DNA of 36,634 nt from a virus (IMGVR_UViG_3300047545_000639:1-36634), one strand, 5' to 3'; counted from the stretch's first letter, positions 16,647 to 26,592 are shown. The notes: generated by a model not told the origin, from the letters alone. A program made the numbers and translations.

Positions 16647-16955
16647 TTAATTTAATTCGTAGTGAACATACTCATAGATTGCAAGCATATCATCGGTTTC
16701 CAAGTCGGTGAAGTCAACACACTCGCCAACATCCGTTTTGATTACCACACCTGCAAAATCCGTAAAGATTGAACTCGCCTTGCTTCTTCCGTCAAGTTCA
16801 GTTGGGTGAATGAAGTACAAAGGAACCTCTGCCTCTGAAATATCCAAAGGATTAGTTAATCCCCTGTTGTGTTCTTTTAACTCCTGTGTAAGAGCATCGT
16901 CTAAACCTTTTCGTAGTCCTACTAAGATTTCCTCAAAGTTGATGAAATGTGCCAT
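16647..16955 (-). CDS. hypothetical protein
   Basis: 102-aa ORF in an operon. Confidence 0.7.
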   Translation of the reverse strand: MAHFINFEEILVGLRKGLDDALTQELKEHNRGLTNPLDISEAEVPLYFIHPTELDGRSKASSIFTDFAGVVIKTDVGECVDFTDLETDDMLAIYEYVHYELN

Positions 16956-16956
16956 A

Positions 16957-17133
16957 TTATTTGTTATTGATTATTTTATCCCATTCGTGAATTGCAAACG
17001 CAGGTGTATAGACACCCCCATCACATTGATAGTAATAGTCCTTTGGGTTCAAGTTCCTGTCAAGCAAACGACTGATGTCGTGCTTTTGGTTCTTAACGAA
17101 ATCCCAATCTTTTAGCCCTTGTGGTTCTTTCAT
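16957..17133 (-). CDS. hypothetical protein (58 aa, not in ORF track)
   Basis: MKEPQGLKDWDFVK...WDKIINNK*; ATG 4 nt after the promoter box. Confidence 0.65.
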   Translation of the reverse strand: MKEPQGLKDWDFVKNQKHDISRLLDRNLNPKDYYYQCDGGVYTPAFAIHEWDKIINNK

Positions 17134-17200
17134 AGTACGAAGATAAGTATAAAAAAGTTATTGACCAAATTTATTTTTGAATACAAAAAGAAAAGTGAAT

Positions 17201-17512
17201 TTAATCACAATTGTATTCTTCGTATTCATCTTCCCACGCCTCAGGTGTAATCAGGTAGCCCAAGCGATTGACGAAGTGAAAACCCGCGATGATGATTAAC
17301 TCACCATCCTCGTTGTCCACGATTGTCCAAATGTGCTTGTTAGGTTTCTCTTTAACATACTCGACCTCTTTGCCAAAGGTTTCGTACATACAGCCACCGA
17401 ATGAACACATATCTTCTGGTGATAACCCATCTTTCAGGGTTGGTAAAAGTACCTGATTAAATTCAGGGTTATACTTTTCGTAAAAGTTGTCTATTGTCAT
17501 TTGCTTTTCCAT
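17201..17512 (-). CDS. conserved phage hypothetical protein
   Basis: YETFG.E...V...IWT.VD...G.HFVNRLGY.IT...W motif. Confidence 0.8.
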   Translation of the reverse strand: MEKQMTIDNFYEKYNPEFNQVLLPTLKDGLSPEDMCSFGGCMYETFGKEVEYVKEKPNKHIWTIVDNEDGELIIIAGFHFVNRLGYLITPEAWEDEYEEYNCD

Positions 17513-17536
17513 AATTCAAATGTAAGTATAAAAAAG

Positions 17537-17731
17537 TTACCCCGCAAGTTTTTCTACAAAATAATTACTATTGGTTATTCTCTCTAGCGCGTAGATGAAT
17601 TGTTCCTCACTGGCGTTCTCACTTAACACTAGTTGTAACTTATTCACGTCCCCGATCGTTAGGTCTAGGTGGTGCAGGTCAAATCTATTGACCATATCAT
17701 ATACTGTTTGGACGCTTATCTTATTACGCAT
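17537..17731 (-). CDS. hypothetical protein
   Basis: 64 aa; stop codon inside the next promoter. Confidence 0.65.
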   Translation of the reverse strand: MRNKISVQTVYDMVNRFDLHHLDLTIGDVNKLQLVLSENASEEQFIYALERITNSNYFVEKLAG

Positions 17732-18191
17732 TTGGGTTCAGTTTAAATTCTAGGATATACTTTGATTGAAACACACCCTTGCAACAAGTACCACAAGCGG
17801 ATATTCTAGTTGGTTTGCGGTGCTTCTTATGTGTACGACCACAGCCAACACATACAGCGACATACTTTGCTTCGGGCGTAACTGTATTCTCTGATGTATA
17901 GCAACGCTTTCCATCACAGCCAATCTCTAACGCCTTTGAACGCCACACCCAATCGTGTCCGTGTCCACCACCAACAAGCGCGTGAGCAATCTCGTGTAGT
18001 ATTGTATTCTTAACCCTTGCTTCATCATTGATTGATACCAACGCCTTTGACAAGGATATCTTACGATACCTATGATTACAGCAGCCAAACCTACGCTTTG
18101 CGTTATCAAACTCAAAACGCCATCCCTTTGAGGTGAGGTCGTGCTTGCTCATTAAAATTTTTGCTAGTTCTTGTGCTCTGTTTAAATCCAT
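17724..18191 (-). CDS. SprT-like zinc metalloprotease
   Basis: G.C...I.LS...TILHEIAHAL...HGHD.VW plus C-terminal CxxC...CxxC. Confidence 0.85.
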   Translation of the reverse strand: MDLNRAQELAKILMSKHDLTSKGWRFEFDNAKRRFGCCNHRYRKISLSKALVSINDEARVKNTILHEIAHALVGGGHGHDWVWRSKALEIGCDGKRCYTSENTVTPEAKYVAVCVGCGRTHKKHRKPTRISACGTCCKGVFQSKYILEFKLNPNA

Positions 18192-18315
18192 GTCTAATTG
18201 TTTTGTTATGCAATATTAAACATAAAAAAGTTCTCGTGCAAATTTATTTACAGTTTTTTGCAAAAAAAATGGGGAACCTTTCGGAACCCCATCTTAATAA
18301 CGTAACAGTTACCTA

Positions 18316-18465
18316 TTACTTTGCAGTATCCGCAGATACTGTATCAACAACACAGGTATCAGATACCATAGTGGTATCAGTTGTAACCGTAGTTGTTTCG
18401 GTCGTGGTTTCGGTTGAGCAAGAAGCCATCATGACTACTAAACCCAGGATAAGAAGTTTTTTCAT
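18316..18465 (-). CDS. Thr-rich mini-lipoprotein (49 aa, not in ORF track)
   Basis: MKKLLILGLVVMMASC-STETTTETTTVTTDTTMVSDTCVVDTVSADTAK*; own promoter and downstream hairpin. Confidence 0.75.
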   Translation of the reverse strand: MKKLLILGLVVMMASCSTETTTETTTVTTDTTMVSDTCVVDTVSADTAK

Positions 18466-18593
18466 GCTACAAAAGTAAGCATGCATCCTAGTATTGTCAA
18501 GGGGTTCAGAAAAAAAATTAAAAAAACTTTGTAAAAAAGTTGCGTGGTAAATTCTTTTACATTATCTTTACACCATAATCAAAAACCACTTAA

Positions 18594-18941
18594 ATGACAA
18601 AAGAACAAGTTATTAGCAAGGTGAATGAATCAGCAGGTTCATTGTTCACCAAGGAAGATGTAATCAGATTGATTGAGAGCATCGAAGGTACAACCAAAAT
18701 CGACTTTGAGGAATTGGCAAACCGCCTTGAGACAATCGTTGATGAAGCCGACAACGAGGGGATTGAAGTCAATTCAAGACGATGTGAGTTCAGTATCTGC
18801 AACGGGAATGAAATCGAGATTGAGGACGTTCACTTTGAAACCGAAGAGTGGAAGAGCAACATCAACCACGATATCCGTCAGTTGATTGAGGCCACCGAAA
18901 GAGGAGAGGCTTGTCAGTTGGAAGAGGAGACCGCGGAGTAA
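18594..18941 (+). CDS. acidic hypothetical protein
   Basis: First gene of the right arm; own promoter and terminator. Confidence 0.8.
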   Translation: MTKEQVISKVNESAGSLFTKEDVIRLIESIEGTTKIDFEELANRLETIVDEADNEGIEVNSRRCEFSICNGNEIEIEDVHFETEEWKSNINHDIRQLIEATERGEACQLEEETAE

Positions 18942-19035
18942 TTAATCGGGGGAAAGAGATTTCCCCCTTTTTTTATAAAATAATTTGGTCAGTAACTTTT
19001 TTACACTTATATTTGTATCATAAATCAATTAAACA

Positions 19036-19548
19036 ATGAGAAATTTATTTACAAGAGAGTGCTTAACAATCAATGTGGCACGCAGACAAGAAAACAAAAT
19101 TGCTTTGACAATCAGTTCGGACTATTCGGGTTCCGACCGCAAGTCGCAGTTGTATGTTAACGAGGAAAGATTGGCAACTATGCTAGAATCTTTTTGGAAG
19201 GGTATCAAAACCAAGAAACTATTGTTGGCGAATGTATCGTTCAGCGAAATTGATTGGTACGATGATATGTGCGATGTATACGATACACCAAGCATTACCA
19301 TTAAGAGAGGCTTGAAGAAGGCAAAGGTAAGCCACCAAGAGCATGGTTCAATACCAAAAGATTGGTCGGTTGACTTGTTTTGTGTATTCGCGGACACCAC
19401 AACCAATACACCAATACTTGAAGTGGTTAAGAGTGCATTGGGTGGTTACTTTGACAATGACCTTGAAAAGAAGTTTATCAAAGACCTTAAACCATTCTTG
19501 CAGAAGAAGGTGAACTATGCGAGTGCTGAATTAAACTACGAACACTAA
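19036..19548 (+). CDS. hypothetical protein
   Basis: 170 aa; own promoter. Confidence 0.8.
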   Translation: MRNLFTRECLTINVARRQENKIALTISSDYSGSDRKSQLYVNEERLATMLESFWKGIKTKKLLLANVSFSEIDWYDDMCDVYDTPSITIKRGLKKAKVSHQEHGSIPKDWSVDLFCVFADTTTNTPILEVVKSALGGYFDNDLEKKFIKDLKPFLQKKVNYASAELNYEH

Positions 19549-19549
19549 C

Positions 19550-19780
19550 ATGGCAAGATTCATTTTAGACGTAGGCAACTTAGATGCCGAAGGTATCAGC
19601 GAAGTATTAGATGTGATTGAGAGAGACCCCTTCCTAGCGAAGGGGTTGACCTCGATCCGATGTATTGATGAGACCAATGATAATCAATTCTATTCATGGG
19701 ACACTGGCACTACACCAATGATGAATGTATTGAGTGAGAAACAAATTGAGGAAGATAAAAAAATTCTTTCGAAATATTAA
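19550..19780 (+). CDS. hypothetical protein
   Basis: 76 aa, directly after the upstream stop. Confidence 0.7.
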   Translation: MARFILDVGNLDAEGISEVLDVIERDPFLAKGLTSIRCIDETNDNQFYSWDTGTTPMMNVLSEKQIEEDKKILSKY

Positions 19781-19842
19781 TAAATAAATTTGCACAATAA
19801 CTTTTTTACACTTATCTTTGAAGTAACAAAAAACAGATAGAT

Positions 19843-20220
19843 ATGTTAGCCTACAAAATTAACGCAGCCGACCGCAAGGTTGAAGCAATCGAAATCAACA
19901 ATTTCCTAGACATCGCACCCGCTATTGGTGGGGAGTGTGAAACATTTGAAGCACCAGTGACACTAGACAACGATGACACGTTCTACACCGATGAGGAAGG
20001 ATTGTATCACACTTGCGAAGGTGGTTGGATGTTGGAGAACTTTGCACACCCTATCTTAGGAAACGCAGTTGTGCAGGGAACAGATGACGAAGGTGATAGC
20101 ACCGAACCGAAATCTACCATTGAGGAAATTGAGGCGATGATTATTTGGGTGAGCAAGGAAGATTGTGAGGTGTATCGTAATCGTGCTCATAACACACCAC
20201 CAAGAGTGTACGGATTCTAA
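19843..20220 (+). CDS. DUF3846-like protein
   Basis: I...IG...E.P...D.FYTDEEGL...I.GNAVV.G.DDEG pattern. Confidence 0.6.
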   Translation: MLAYKINAADRKVEAIEINNFLDIAPAIGGECETFEAPVTLDNDDTFYTDEEGLYHTCEGGWMLENFAHPILGNAVVQGTDDEGDSTEPKSTIEEIEAMIIWVSKEDCEVYRNRAHNTPPRVYGF

Positions 20221-20298
20221 AAGAGTGGGGGAGAAATCCCCCAAACTTTTTTTGTAAATAAATTTGCACAAGAACTTTTTTATACTTACATTTGTATC

Positions 20299-20544
20299 AT
20301 GGAACAAACAAAGATAAAATACACAGAGCAAATCAAAGATATTTTGATTGCTATGGCAATAGACGATACCTTACCATTGGATATGACCACACTTGATTCA
20401 AGTGTATTCGATAAGGTTGTTGAACCTTTGATAAGCACATTGAATACTTTGCGTGAGGATGCTGAAATGGCATTGAATGGACAATGGGATAGAACGGATG
20501 GTGGGTTTGAAGCACAAATCATTTTAATTGATAATGTACTATGA
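20299..20544 (+). CDS. hypothetical protein
   Basis: EDA.MAL.G.WDR.D.GF.AQ; leaderless start. Confidence 0.75.
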   Translation: MEQTKIKYTEQIKDILIAMAIDDTLPLDMTTLDSSVFDKVVEPLISTLNTLREDAEMALNGQWDRTDGGFEAQIILIDNVL

Positions 20545-20840
20545 ATAAAGCGACATTAGATTATTGGCATCCAAGAAACGAGACCGTTGTAACGGAAAGC
20601 GGTTTTCGTTACCTTGATAGAAATTCGGTCATCACCATAACAAAGGATATTGAAGACGAGACCGAGATAGGATTGTTTGAGCAGTTCTACAAACTTAATA
20701 ATAGTTTGAGGTATTGCAATGGCTCATACTATACGTTCCAAGATAAACAATGGGATAAAAAGTATAAAGAGTGGTTGCAGTCGGATGACTACAAGAAGAA
20801 AAGTTTTGACCTTTACTACGGAAACGGAGTTGTTGATTAA
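20541..20840 (+). CDS. hypothetical protein
   Basis: ATGA-coupled 99-aa ORF. Confidence 0.75.
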   Translation: MNKATLDYWHPRNETVVTESGFRYLDRNSVITITKDIEDETEIGLFEQFYKLNNSLRYCNGSYYTFQDKQWDKKYKEWLQSDDYKKKSFDLYYGNGVVD

Positions 20841-20880
20841 AAAATTTGGTCAGTAAAGTTTTTTACATTACATTTGTATT

Positions 20881-21099
20881 ATGGTAACGGTCTATTACAA
20901 AAACGAGAAAGGTGAGAACAAGGTTGTACTTGTAAGAACCTATAAAGAAGTTAAGCGTAGAATGAATGCTTTCATGCTCAATAGTTTTGATGAGAATGTA
21001 AGTGTGTTCAGACGCAGACGCGGACAATGGGGCGAGTGGTACGAGAATTGGGCAAAGGTAGGTAGTAAGTGTCAAATCATTAAAGAAGGTTGGCAATGA
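20881..21099 (+). CDS. hypothetical protein
   Basis: Leaderless start; RRG.WGEW.E.W motif. Confidence 0.75.
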   Translation: MVTVYYKNEKGENKVVLVRTYKEVKRRMNAFMLNSFDENVSVFRRRRGQWGEWYENWAKVGSKCQIIKEGWQ

Positions 21100-21260
21100 T
21101 AAACTTTTGGGTAGACAATAACACAGGGATCATTTACGAAGGTGATGGAACAATGGTGGAGTTCTTACGTTCACAAGGTGATGAGACATATAACGATGCC
21201 AGTGATGAGTATCTAATTAACGAAGCACACCAACAAGGTTGGATAAAACTTTTAGAATAA
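21096..21260 (+). CDS. hypothetical protein (54 aa, not in ORF track)
   Basis: MINFWVDNNTG...QGWIKLLE*; ATGA-coupled. Confidence 0.65.
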   Translation: MINFWVDNNTGIIYEGDGTMVEFLRSQGDETYNDASDEYLINEAHQQGWIKLLE

Positions 21261-21312
21261 TTTGCACAATAACTTTTTTATACTTATCTTTGTAATCTAA
21301 ATAAATAAACAA

Positions 21313-21579
21313 ATGGACAAGTTCAAAAACAAAAAAACCTTGTTGGTTGGTGAGGGTATCAATCAGCACACATTGTATGGCGACTTTATGGTTGCCGACA
21401 CAATCAATGACTTTGCCGAAGTAAAGGTAAAGGACACAAGTTTCTTAAAGCACGAACAACCGAGTGGTGCTTGGAGTAACGAACACAAGACCTTACAAGT
21501 TGAGAAAGGTGATTGGGTAATGGGTAAACAAGTTGAGTATAACCCATTCAATCAGCAAGTATCACGAGTTTGGGATTGA
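21313..21579 (+). CDS. His-rich small protein typically accompanying DUF6745
   Basis: L..GE...H.L...L.H...EH..L...G.W...Q.EY.P...V.D pattern. Confidence 0.7.
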   Translation: MDKFKNKKTLLVGEGINQHTLYGDFMVADTINDFAEVKVKDTSFLKHEQPSGAWSNEHKTLQVEKGDWVMGKQVEYNPFNQQVSRVWD

Positions 21580-21695
21580 GTATTTTGTTTAATTGTTAAG
21601 AAGTGGGAAGCGAAAGTTTCCCATTTTTTTTGTAAAAAAGTTTGGTGGGTAATTTTTTTATACTTACATTTGTATTAACATTAAACAAAAACAAA

Positions 21696-22091
21696 ATGGC
21701 AAATCCAGAAATTCATTCAAAAAGTTCAGTTAAGCGTTGGGGTGGTAAGATAGAAGATTATATCGCAATCCACGAACTGATAGATAGTCCGAAAGCGACT
21801 ATGAACAACAATTCATCACGAGCATTAACCCACAACACTTGGTTTGCTTATACTATTATCCCAAAGATATTCGGGTACAACATCACCAATTCAAGTGGTA
21901 AGAGTGTGGACACTATTGATATTGCTATGTTGCATATCGCAGAGGACTTTCGTATGAAGTTTGTCCCGACACCACAAGATTATCTTAAACACTTGCAAGT
22001 TCAACCTTGGTTTAACAATGGTGTAAAGGACATTGAGAACCCCGAAGCAACAAGGGAAGCGGAAGAATTATTAGAAAGAATTAGAGAATAA
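21696..22091 (+). CDS. DUF6915-like protein
   Basis: MA.P..H..SS..RWGG..EDY..IH...D..K...RAL.H...HI.ED...VPT..DYL. Confidence 0.75.
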   Translation: MANPEIHSKSSVKRWGGKIEDYIAIHELIDSPKATMNNNSSRALTHNTWFAYTIIPKIFGYNITNSSGKSVDTIDIAMLHIAEDFRMKFVPTPQDYLKHLQVQPWFNNGVKDIENPEATREAEELLERIRE

Positions 22092-22143
22092 TTTGCACAA
22101 GAACTTTTTTATATTTATCTTTGAACCATAATCAATAAACAAA

Positions 22144-22797
22144 ATGGAAAGCGTAGAAAAAATTATCCAACTTTGGAAAGAATTAGAAATCACCCACATT
22201 GACTTTGAGTTTACTTGTGGTGGTGATAGTATGAATGACACAACCCTTAATATCCACAAGGGTGAGGAAATCATTGAGAACGATGTTATCGCAACCTACT
22301 TTGACCACGAGGTCTATAACCGAGTAGAGTTCTATGTAAATTCCGATGGACACTATATGGGTGAGAGTGGGAGTGTACTGATTGAAATGGACGATGAGGG
22401 TGAGGACTTTAACTATATGAAGTCGGCTCAATCGGAGTGGTGTGAGAGAATTACAACTGATGTTGAGGTGGAACTTACTGATGAGGAGATTGAGTTCGTT
22501 AAGGAGTTCGTAAGAGATATAAATGGTGGTGATAACGAGAACGCAAACCTTAACTACAAAAAGGATTTTATCATTAACCAAAAGCGTAAGGAACTGATTG
22601 ATAGTATCGGTAGTAAAGTTAGTGAAGTTTGTGGTAATTTCACACCCGAAATTGAGGGTGAGGGTGAGGTGAATGATTGGTATTCATACACCACTAACGA
22701 AGATGATATTACCGATAGCGAAGTAGTTATCAAAGGTAATAAACTTATCGTTAGTGTATCAAACGAATACTATGTTTATCAAGATAGTGAAGATTAA
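22144..22797 (+). CDS. DUF6878-like acidic protein
   Basis: I..I..EF.CGGDS motif...N.DG...G.V; very D/E-rich. Confidence 0.6.
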   Translation: MESVEKIIQLWKELEITHIDFEFTCGGDSMNDTTLNIHKGEEIIENDVIATYFDHEVYNRVEFYVNSDGHYMGESGSVLIEMDDEGEDFNYMKSAQSEWCERITTDVEVELTDEEIEFVKEFVRDINGGDNENANLNYKKDFIINQKRKELIDSIGSKVSEVCGNFTPEIEGEGEVNDWYSYTTNEDDITDSEVVIKGNKLIVSVSNEYYVYQDSED

Positions 22798-22849
22798 ATT
22801 TGGTCGGGAACTTTTTTATACTTACATTTGAATTAAACAAATAAACAAA

Positions 22850-23539
22850 ATGGAAATAGTAATTAACAATGTACCAACCGAATTTAATTTAGGTTGCCGT
22901 ATGCTCAAAACCAAAGGTGGTGATTGTCCCTTTGATGAGTTACAAGATTTTTGGGAAGAAATCCAACCCTTAAACTTTAACGAGATAGCACAAATTCCTA
23001 ACTTGGAACAAAGGCGAATTGCTTTATTGTTTCTTGGCTTGGAAAAAATGGTTGCAGAAGTGAAGCCAACCTTGGTAAGCACCAAAACAATTAAGAAACA
23101 AACCACTTGGATAAACGAGCAAGGTGAGTTAGTTGAACACAAGTTTGATGATACCTACGAACTTTACAAAGTGAATGGTGAATACTTTAATCAAGGGGTG
23201 GATAATTGGCGAAAAATGGCTGATGCCTATTATGTTCGTTGCAAAGACACCAGCACCGATAGAGAGTATCTTATTTGGGTGGACTTGAATAGTGTATGGA
23301 ATGTTAAATGTGAAAACGATAAGGAATTAAATCGTTGGAACTTTGATGCGACAAAAGTTGATGCTATTGATTGTATTGCTTGGACTATTCAAACCAATAT
23401 CGCACAAGGTGGAATTGAAAAGATTGTAAGACAAGGTGATTGTATTATGATTAAACCAAAAGCGAAGTACGAAACACTTGGTAGAGAAAGACATTTGAGT
23501 AAACAAGAATATCTTAAATTACTTGTAGCAGAGAGTTAA
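22850..23539 (+). CDS. DUF6745-like protein
   Basis: N.EQRR...YELY...V.C.DTST.REY.IWV...A.D.IAWT...RQGD...L.AES. Confidence 0.7.
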   Translation: MEIVINNVPTEFNLGCRMLKTKGGDCPFDELQDFWEEIQPLNFNEIAQIPNLEQRRIALLFLGLEKMVAEVKPTLVSTKTIKKQTTWINEQGELVEHKFDDTYELYKVNGEYFNQGVDNWRKMADAYYVRCKDTSTDREYLIWVDLNSVWNVKCENDKELNRWNFDATKVDAIDCIAWTIQTNIAQGGIEKIVRQGDCIMIKPKAKYETLGRERHLSKQEYLKLLVAES

Positions 23540-23649
23540 GAAAATGGGGAAAGAAATTTCCCCACTTTTTTTTGAAAAAATTGATCAATTTATTTGCGTG
23601 GTAAACTTTTTTGTATTATCTTTGAAGTATAATTAAACAAATAGATATT

Positions 23650-23946
23650 ATGAGTGTAACTACACAAACCCAAGCAAAGGAAGTGGTACAGAATGTAACC
23701 GACTACCTAAACTCATTCAGCAACAAGAACAAAGAGTTTATCGCTGAAATGAATCGTGAACACCGAACCTTGCAACAAGGCTTTACTAAACTCTGTATGG
23801 AGTGGTTGGAGAATTGCGCGAGCGAGGAGTATCACTTTGACGGCAGGAACGAGGCAAGCCACAAGGTTGCCAGTGAAATGGTGGAAGGCTTTCGTGATGC
23901 CAAAGGAACAATGAGTAACCCGAGCGAGTGGTTGCCCTGTATTTAG
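23650..23946 (+). CDS. conserved phage hypothetical protein
   Basis: EHRTLQQ.F...C..W...DGRNEAS...LP.I motif. Confidence 0.8.
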   Translation: MSVTTQTQAKEVVQNVTDYLNSFSNKNKEFIAEMNREHRTLQQGFTKLCMEWLENCASEEYHFDGRNEASHKVASEMVEGFRDAKGTMSNPSEWLPCI

Positions 23947-24113
23947 GAATCTGTTTTGTTCATATATAAAGAGAGGGGTTGTAGCGATGCGGCCCTTTTT
24001 TTTGTGCCCTATAGATCCCTAGCAAAAAAAAATATAAAAAAATTTCATAAAAAACTTGCGGGGTAAATTTAATTACATTATATTTGTATCATAAATCAAT
24101 TAAATAATCTATC

Positions 24114-24926
24114 ATGAAAGGCAGAAAAAACAGCAGAACTTTTCAGTTCAAAACCTTGTTAAAAGGTTCAGTAGAAACGGATGTTAATGGTAACGTTATT
24201 TGTTATCCTGACATTGTTGAGACCACTAACTACGAGTTGCTTAAGTTACTCAAATTTAATCGTGACGTTGCACCTGCACACGTTCAGAAAATGGGTGCTA
24301 GTGTTACGCAATTAGGGAACGTACTTCGTGACGTTGTTATCGTTAAAATTGGTATGTACTATTTTATCGTTGACGGCCAGCATTTGTATGCTTACCTTAA
24401 GTCAGCGAACTTACCTATCCGTTGCAAATTAATCGAGGCAAAGGACGAACGTGATGCACTTAAGATTGTAACTATGCTTAACAGCACTTCACGAAATTGG
24501 GGTATCAAAAACTTCGTGGATGGTTGGGCAAACTTCAATAAGGACGTAAAAATTCTTAAGGAGTTGACAAAGCGTTTCAGTTTAACCTACACAACTATTG
24601 GGGCGTTGTTGACAAATTCAACTTCAGCACTTGCCAAAAAACAAATTGCTAGTGGTGAGTTCAAAGTTGTTGACATGGATGAGGCGGTTGCGAGAATTAC
24701 ATCAATTGACCACTTCTATAACGCTACGGGGTTTGTCCGCAGTCAATACGCCACCACAGGTTTAATTGACTTTATGGGTAACTTGGGTATTGAGAAATAC
24801 AAAAGAAGCGAGCAGAAATTTATCCAATGTATTAAGAAAGGGATGAAGAAGCGAAACTTTGACGGGAAAACCTATGGTCGTAAGGAAGACTATCTTGAGT
24901 TCTTTAATAATTGTTGGAACTCATAA
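24114..24926 (+). CDS. ParB/Srx-like N-terminal domain protein
   Basis: NR.V...HV...IVDGQH...A...LN...NW pattern. Confidence 0.7.
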   Translation: MKGRKNSRTFQFKTLLKGSVETDVNGNVICYPDIVETTNYELLKLLKFNRDVAPAHVQKMGASVTQLGNVLRDVVIVKIGMYYFIVDGQHLYAYLKSANLPIRCKLIEAKDERDALKIVTMLNSTSRNWGIKNFVDGWANFNKDVKILKELTKRFSLTYTTIGALLTNSTSALAKKQIASGEFKVVDMDEAVARITSIDHFYNATGFVRSQYATTGLIDFMGNLGIEKYKRSEQKFIQCIKKGMKKRNFDGKTYGRKEDYLEFFNNCWNS

Positions 24927-25040
24927 AAAGAAATAACGAAAGGGGATGGAAACGTCCCCTTTTTTATTTTAAAGAAATTGATCAATTTACTTGCATGGTA
25001 AAGTTTTTTACATTATCTTTGAAGTAACAAATTAAACAAG

Positions 25041-25304
25041 ATGAAAGTATTAAACAGGGACGAAATGATGACATGGCTTACTAGCAAAGGAGTTAATGTT
25101 ATCGGCACCACCGAAGAATTTTATGGTGAAGGTGAAGGCAAGGGTATATGGGTATCAGGCGAGGATAGTCCCTTGTTCAGTTACTATCGTGAGAGTTGGT
25201 ACAATTCACATGGGGTTGAACCTAAACTGAATGAACAAACCGAAAAGCGTGGTTGGTATTATGAATGGCATGATGCGGGAACTATGATGATTTGGCCAGC
25301 ATAA
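25041..25304 (+). CDS. hypothetical protein
   Basis: GIW.SGE...GV...GWY.EW.DAGT; own promoter. Confidence 0.8.
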   Translation: MKVLNRDEMMTWLTSKGVNVIGTTEEFYGEGEGKGIWVSGEDSPLFSYYRESWYNSHGVEPKLNEQTEKRGWYYEWHDAGTMMIWPA

Positions 25305-25376
25305 AAAAAATTGTAGAAAAGTTTGGTTGGTAACTTTTTTATCATTACATTTGATGTAACAATTAAATTAGTAGTT

Positions 25377-25916
25377 ATGAAAAATAAAAATCTAAATGCT
25401 TCGATTTTAAAATCGAGATATCTTTTGCACCAAACAAAAGATTTACGTCAGTACCGAGTTACTGATTACAGACCTTTATTCGTTATCTCATTGTTCGTGA
25501 ACGCGATTGTTTTTTTAAGTGCTTTCAGTTCAGAGCCAAAGGTTGTAACCGAATACAAGACCATTGTAAAGGAGACGGTCATAAGTGATAAGGTTGATGA
25601 TATCGAATTGAATGATGATGCTATCCTTAAAGAGTTGATAGACCAAGGGTGTGTATTGCCGAACGTGGCACTTGCTCAATTTAAGATTGAGAGCCAACAC
25701 TTCAAATCATCTATTTGCAAGGAGAATAAGAACATCGCTGGTATCAAGACAAGCCGAAGCGAGTACGTTGCAGGGAAGAATCGTGAGCATTGCGTTTACA
25801 AGACCTATCGTGATTGTATTAAAGATTACATTCGTATTCAGAATCGCTACCTTGAAAACATAGACGGGCGATATGCCGAGGACGGGCAGTACGTTGCTTT
25901 GGTGAAAAAAATGTAA
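25377..25916 (+). CDS. membrane-anchored glucosaminidase-like (lysozyme-fold) cell-wall hydrolase
   Basis: TM helix, then VALAQ..IES..F.S...N.N..GIK...Y...DY...YAED..Y. Confidence 0.7.
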   Translation: MKNKNLNASILKSRYLLHQTKDLRQYRVTDYRPLFVISLFVNAIVFLSAFSSEPKVVTEYKTIVKETVISDKVDDIELNDDAILKELIDQGCVLPNVALAQFKIESQHFKSSICKENKNIAGIKTSRSEYVAGKNREHCVYKTYRDCIKDYIRIQNRYLENIDGRYAEDGQYVALVKKM

Positions 25917-25972
25917 AAAAGTTTGTTCGGTAAATTTATTATACTTATCTTTACAATATCAAATTAAACGTT

Positions 25973-26269
25973 ATGAAAAAGTTAGTATTATTAGTTGCTT
26001 TGTCTTTGTCGGGTTTATCGTATGGACAAGCGTGGGAAAATTCGGGTGCGAACAATACTGTCTACATGGGGCAAGATGAGAACAACTACCCAATCTATAA
26101 AACGGTTAACCCGTTTGAGTCGTTGGGTTCAAAGATTGCGATGAGTACCCTTGTGAGTGGAATTGGCGCTTTCTTTACCTATATGATTATTGATAGGAGA
26201 AAGGAACGCAAGGCACAAGAGTTGGAACAAGAACAACATCCTTTGATACAAGAGAACGTGGAAATTTAA
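25973..26269 (+). CDS. signal-peptide plus TM membrane protein
   Basis: MKKLVLLV...SYG-Q signal peptide; C-terminal TM helix. Confidence 0.75.
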   Translation: MKKLVLLVALSLSGLSYGQAWENSGANNTVYMGQDENNYPIYKTVNPFESLGSKIAMSTLVSGIGAFFTYMIIDRRKERKAQELEQEQHPLIQENVEI

Positions 26270-26346
26270 TCCACGTTTTTTTTTTGTAAAAAACTTGCAT
26301 GGTAATTTTATTTACATTATCTTTGAAGTAAGAAAAACAATTAGAC

Positions 26347-26592
26347 ATGAATATAGTAGATTTTTTACAAGCAAAGCCAAAGGTTAGTTACCGATACGAG
26401 GACGGCACAACTAAAGAGTGGGAGTTCCGTTGGGGTGGAATGTTTGGGCAAGGATATTACCGATTGACCAAGAATGGTCGCAGACACCCAATGAGTTATT
26501 TTAGAGTACCAAGACAAGTGTACAATGACTACATGGACGGATATTGTAAGTTGGTGGAAGAAAAAAAAGATATAGAAAAATTTGCACAATAA
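26347..26592 (+). CDS. hypothetical protein
   Basis: Own promoter; ends FAQ* within the next promoter. Confidence 0.75.
   Translation: MNIVDFLQAKPKVSYRYEDGTTKEWEFRWGGMFGQGYYRLTKNGRRHPMSYFRVPRQVYNDYMDGYCKLVEEKKDIEKFAQ

Larger units (their letters stand above)
10331..18500 (-). promoter_or_regulatory. array of 12 early promoters on the minus strand
   Basis: TTG-N20-TAnnTTTG or close variants at 10331-10361, 11494-11524, 12086-12116, 12405-12435, 13097-13127, 14258-14288, 15154-15184, 16062-16092, 17138-17168, 17517-17547, 18211-18241 and 18470-18500. Confidence 0.85.

Noticed and set aside
18161-18478. 105-aa plus-strand ORF
   Set aside because: It is the antisense shadow of the minus-strand mini-lipoprotein, which has a promoter, lipobox and terminator
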